Below, piece after piece: positions 55,170 through 58,046 of a DNA stretch of 58,046 nt. The stretch is taken from assembly GCA_006226305.1 (NCBI GenBank), contig SBHG01000117.1, forward strand, positions 1-58,046, in the 5' to 3' direction. A program made the translations under genes and the position numbers. Each line of letters starts with the position of its first letter. Within the stretch, counting starts at the first letter, position 1. The DNA comes from Alphaproteobacteria bacterium (GTDB lineage: Bacteria > Pseudomonadota > Alphaproteobacteria > M2410). Under the pieces are notes generated by a model that did not search any database, was not told the origin of the DNA, and saw nothing but the letters and a program-made list of their open reading frames with translations.

Positions 55170-56222
55170 ATGAGTAAGAGGGAACTGTTGGTTCTTTGCG
55201 GAACCTGTATCGCTTTGTTGTTTTTCCATGCCTCGGCAATAACTTCTGAGGCAACAGCATCTGAGGCGGCAGCATCTGAATTGATCGCGGATGGGGTCGC
55301 TCAAAAGGTCGACATTCAGATCCTTTCCACCAATCTGGCCGATGGCAACACGCGCGGTGAGTGGGGACTTTCAGCCCTTGTGAAAGTGGACGGGCGCTGC
55401 ATTCTTTTTGATGCGGGACGGTTTCCCGACACGGTTGTTGAAAATGCAAAAGCGTTGCGAGCAGATCTGTCATGTGTCGATACGATTGTTCTCAGCCATT
55501 TTCATTTCGATCACACGGGAGGTCTATTAAGGCTGGTTGAGGCGATCCGCCCATCAGGAGAGGGACCGCCGATTAAGACCTATGTGGCAGAGGGATTTTT
55601 CACCCCGCGTTTTTTGGACACGGACAAGGCGGTTGGGGCCGCAATGGCCGATGTGTTCGGCGTTCAGTGGAACCAGATGATTGGCCTGAAGGCGGAGCTG
55701 GAACAAAAGGGCCTGGCGTTTGTTGTGGTCGACGAGCCAACACAAATCATGGCGGGCGTTTGGGCAACCGGTCCGATTGAGCGCCAATACAAAGAGGAAA
55801 ACTACCCGGCGGTTTCCTTGTTGCGGGAGGCTGCCGGTGAAACCCATGTCGATCACGTGCCGGACAGTCAGGGGCTGGTTATTAGGACATCAGACGGACC
55901 AATTGTGATTTCCGGCTGCGGACATGCAGGTGCTGTCAATCTTGTGACGAAAGTCAGAAGAGACATTCAGGATCAGCCGGTTCTGGCGCTCATGGGGGGG
56001 TTGCATCTTTTTAATGCCAGCGATGAGGTTTTGGCTTGGACTGGCAAGGAGTTGTCGCGCCTCGGCGTGCAATATCTGATGGCGGGGCACTGCACCGGGG
56101 TGCAACCCATGTATGCCCTGCGCGATGCATTGGGGCTTGATCGAAAGTCAGCCGTCATAGGGGCGGTTGGCGCGCGATTTGAGCTCGGCTACGGAATCCA
56201 CCCGACTGTGATCGCCCAATAG
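55170..56222 (+). CDS. Secreted metallo-beta-lactamase-fold hydrolase
   Basis: 350-aa ORF with a signal peptide (CIALLFFHASA) and the MBL motif LSHFHFDHTGG. A later GCGHAG follows. The linker is repetitive (SEATASEAAASE). Confidence 0.85.
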   Translation: MSKRELLVLCGTCIALLFFHASAITSEATASEAAASELIADGVAQKVDIQILSTNLADGNTRGEWGLSALVKVDGRCILFDAGRFPDTVVENAKALRADLSCVDTIVLSHFHFDHTGGLLRLVEAIRPSGEGPPIKTYVAEGFFTPRFLDTDKAVGAAMADVFGVQWNQMIGLKAELEQKGLAFVVVDEPTQIMAGVWATGPIERQYKEENYPAVSLLREAAGETHVDHVPDSQGLVIRTSDGPIVISGCGHAGAVNLVTKVRRDIQDQPVLALMGGLHLFNASDEVLAWTGKELSRLGVQYLMAGHCTGVQPMYALRDALGLDRKSAVIGAVGARFELGYGIHPTVIAQ

Positions 56223-56543
56223 GGGCAAATTCAAAAAATTACACAAGGCGGCCACGAAGGCCCTGCCAGATCAAAGCGATACATTAGGGGACTAAAAAGC
56301 CAAATTATGTAGATACAGCAACGACTTGGCGGAAACCGTCCTCCCGCGGCGCCGATTTTTGAGGGGGCCCTCAAAAATACTCTTTACATCCCTGGGGTTC
56401 GATCTTACATAGCCTTCGCCAAGTCCGAGGAAATGCCTTGTGGGGCTGGCGCTTTTGTTTAATAGAGCCTGCCCGGTAGCCCCTCTTGGCGACCATCGCG
56501 AGAGACCCCGTGGGAGCGCTCAATTAGTCGGAGGTCCCATGAG
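56223..56543 (+). promoter_or_regulatory. Long structured 5' leader of the ornithine decarboxylase gene; candidate speF-type alphaproteobacterial RNA element
   Basis: A 321-nt non-coding gap lies upstream of odc. It contains a perfect 10-bp hairpin at 56355-56378 (ATTTTTGAGG-GGGC-CCTCAAAAAT). The speF motif is known to sit upstream of this gene class in alphaproteobacteria. I could not check the covariance model. Confidence 0.3.
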
Positions 56544-57734
56544 GTGTCAGATTACCATAGCGCCTATGACTTAGTGTCCGCGGTTAAGCCTGCGGGCCCG
56601 GTTTTCTGCCAACGGCCCCATGCGGTTCGCGCTGCAGCCCGTTGGTTCAGAGAGAATTTTCCTGGACGGTGCCTCTACGCCGTAAAAGCCAATCCCTCGC
56701 CTTGGGTCATAACGATCCTGGCGGAAGAGGGTTATTCATTCGACGTGGCTTCTCTTGATGAAGCCCGCCGGGTGCGCGCCCTTGCGCCAGAGGCCATGCT
56801 CGGCTTCATGCACCCGGTCAAAGCCTATGAGGCGATCCGAGAAGCCTATTTCGACCTGGGCATTCGCACCTTTTCCCTCGACAGCCTGAGCGAGTTGCAA
56901 AAGATCATGGCGGCCACGGACAATGCGCAGGATCTAACGCTTTGTGTGCGTCTGCGGGTTTCCAGCGAACTGTCTAAGGTGTCCTTGGGCGCCAAGTTCG
57001 GCGCGGGCCCCGACGAAGCCTCAATTCTTTTGGCGGCGGTTCGTCAAAAGGCCGAGCGGCTGGGCATTTGCTTTCACGTCGGCAGCCAGGCGATGCACCC
57101 AGGCGCCTTTGCGGCCGCAATGGATTTGGCCGAGCGGGCGATTGTTGAAGCAGGTGTCATTGTTGACATTCTCGATGTGGGCGGTGGGTTTCCAGCGCCT
57201 TATCCGGGATATATGGCACCGCCGCTGGAGGACTATGTGGCCATGATCACCGCGCGGTTTGGTGAACTCCTGGTGGCGAGCAATTGCGAACTTTGGTGTG
57301 AGCCAGGGCGCGCCTTGTCTGCGGAGTCTATGTCCCTTGTTGTACGGGTTGAAGCCCGCAGAGGTCATGAGCTTTACATCAATGACGGCGTCTATGGCGC
57401 CCTCTTCGATGCCGGGCAGCTCGGTTGGACCTATCCGGTTCGGCTCTTGCGTCCCCGCATCAATCCATCTGAAACCGGGTTCTCCTTTTACGGACCAACC
57501 TGCGATGACTATGACCACATGAAAGGGCCGTTTTACCTGCCCTCCGACACCGGCGTCGGAGACTACATAGAGATCGGCAATATCGGAGCCTACGGCGCTG
57601 CCATGGCAACGAGATTTAATGGCTTCGGCGCCTTTGAGGAATTCCTCGTCGAAGACGCGCCCATGCTGACAGCCTATGGCCGCATGGCCCAGCTCCCTGT
57701 TCCCTTTACCCAAACGGAAGAAAACAATGCTTGA
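56544..57734 (+). CDS. odc: PLP-dependent ornithine/lysine decarboxylase (alanine-racemase-fold, group IV)
   Basis: 396-aa ORF with a GTG start. It has the PLP-Lys motif YAVKANP, plus FDVASLDE, HVGSQ, DVGGGFP and the C-terminal beta-barrel motif GPTCDDYD. Confidence 0.92.
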   Translation: MSDYHSAYDLVSAVKPAGPVFCQRPHAVRAAARWFRENFPGRCLYAVKANPSPWVITILAEEGYSFDVASLDEARRVRALAPEAMLGFMHPVKAYEAIREAYFDLGIRTFSLDSLSELQKIMAATDNAQDLTLCVRLRVSSELSKVSLGAKFGAGPDEASILLAAVRQKAERLGICFHVGSQAMHPGAFAAAMDLAERAIVEAGVIVDILDVGGGFPAPYPGYMAPPLEDYVAMITARFGELLVASNCELWCEPGRALSAESMSLVVRVEARRGHELYINDGVYGALFDAGQLGWTYPVRLLRPRINPSETGFSFYGPTCDDYDHMKGPFYLPSDTGVGDYIEIGNIGAYGAAMATRFNGFGAFEEFLVEDAPMLTAYGRMAQLPVPFTQTEENNA

Positions 57735-58046
57735 TAAAAATGCAACCAACCAAAAAGCCGAGCTGCTGTCGCGCCCGGTCGAACACATCGACATCAAATC
57801 CTTTGATGCGCGCCCCATCATTGCCGCCATGGACAAAATGTCCTTTTCCTCGCGTGACGTTGCGCGGGCAAGTGAGATTTACAACACCATGCTGAAGGAC
57901 AAAGACTGCACGGTGATCCTCACGCTTGCGGGTTCCACATCCGCAGGCGGCTGCATGGACGCCTATGCCGACCTCCTGGAGCTCGGCATGATCGACGTCA
58001 TTGTCTCCACGGGGGCCTCTATCGTCGACATGGATTTCTTTGAAGG
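57727..58046 (+). CDS. Deoxyhypusine synthase-like protein (N-terminal ~106 codons; continues past the window end)
   Basis: My own translation from the ATG at 57727 gives MLDKNATNQKAELLSRPVEHIDIKSFDARPIIAAMDKMSFSSRDVARASEIY...LTLAGSTSAGGCMD...VSTGASIVDMDFFE. This is a DHS-family NAD-binding N-terminus. It overlaps the odc stop by 8 nt. Confidence 0.82.
   Translation, partial: MLDKNATNQKAELLSRPVEHIDIKSFDARPIIAAMDKMSFSSRDVARASEIYNTMLKDKDCTVILTLAGSTSAGGCMDAYADLLELGMIDVIVSTGASIVDMDFFE

Noticed and set aside
57021-57836. 271-aa minus-strand ORF across the odc 3' half
   Set aside because: It is antisense to a well-supported PLP decarboxylase and to the start of the DHS-like gene, and it contains no recognisable motifs.
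1-58046. CRISPR arrays, rRNA genes, intact IS elements, prophage or conjugation modules
   Set aside because: I saw no regularly spaced short repeats, no rRNA-like sequence, no complete transposase with terminal inverted repeats, and no phage or conjugation gene signatures in any frame.

Overview
This 58-kb chromosomal segment is most consistent with an alphaproteobacterium. That assignment is an inference from gene content and order. GC looks mid-50s percent by eye and was not computed.

(1) 1-15.9 kb is a conserved housekeeping block, mostly on the minus strand: dapE (partial), dapD, a HAD nucleotidase, a DUF1036/peptidoglycan-binding protein, argB, engB, yidC, yidD, rnpA and rpmH. It is followed by a TVP38-family protein, a flavoprotein disulfide reductase, an orphan histidine kinase, tam, ggt and a DmpA-like peptidase.

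(2) tRNA-Arg(ACG) lies at 15916-15992. Perfect 46-nt copies of its 3' part recur at 24175-24220 and 31698-31743. They delimit two tandem islands with no integrase.
- Island A carries CMD and HxlR genes plus an MMPL exporter, a LolA-like protein and an outer-membrane (OM) barrel.
- Island B carries a TonB-dependent receptor, a TPR-sulfotransferase, a BCCT transporter and a MarR regulator.

(3) 31.7-34.6 kb is a decayed junction. Two related transposase C-terminal remnants in direct orientation bracket an intact Fic gene, and a 3' fragment of a TRAP DctM permease follows.

(4) 34.6-47.5 kb holds LysR and cupin genes, a polysaccharide deacetylase, a secreted helical-repeat protein, a CusB(-CusF fusion)/CusA metal efflux pair without an OM factor, a DUF318-type permease, an XRE-cupin regulator and an omega-aminotransferase.

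(5) 47.8-53.3 kb is the most unusual locus. A single 833-aa protein fuses a transglutaminase core (triad apparently intact), a 7TM block and a RimK-like ATP-grasp ligase. It sits in a tight operon with a TM-anchored TPR protein and an OM beta-barrel, and I read it as a candidate envelope-spanning peptide or poly-amino-acid system.

(6) 53.4-58.0 kb holds AraC, a cupin, an MBL-fold hydrolase, a long leader that may be a speF-type RNA, ornithine decarboxylase and a deoxyhypusine-synthase-like gene (partial).

I saw no CRISPR array, rRNA, intact IS element or integrase. All family assignments come from reading motifs in the translations. No database search was run.
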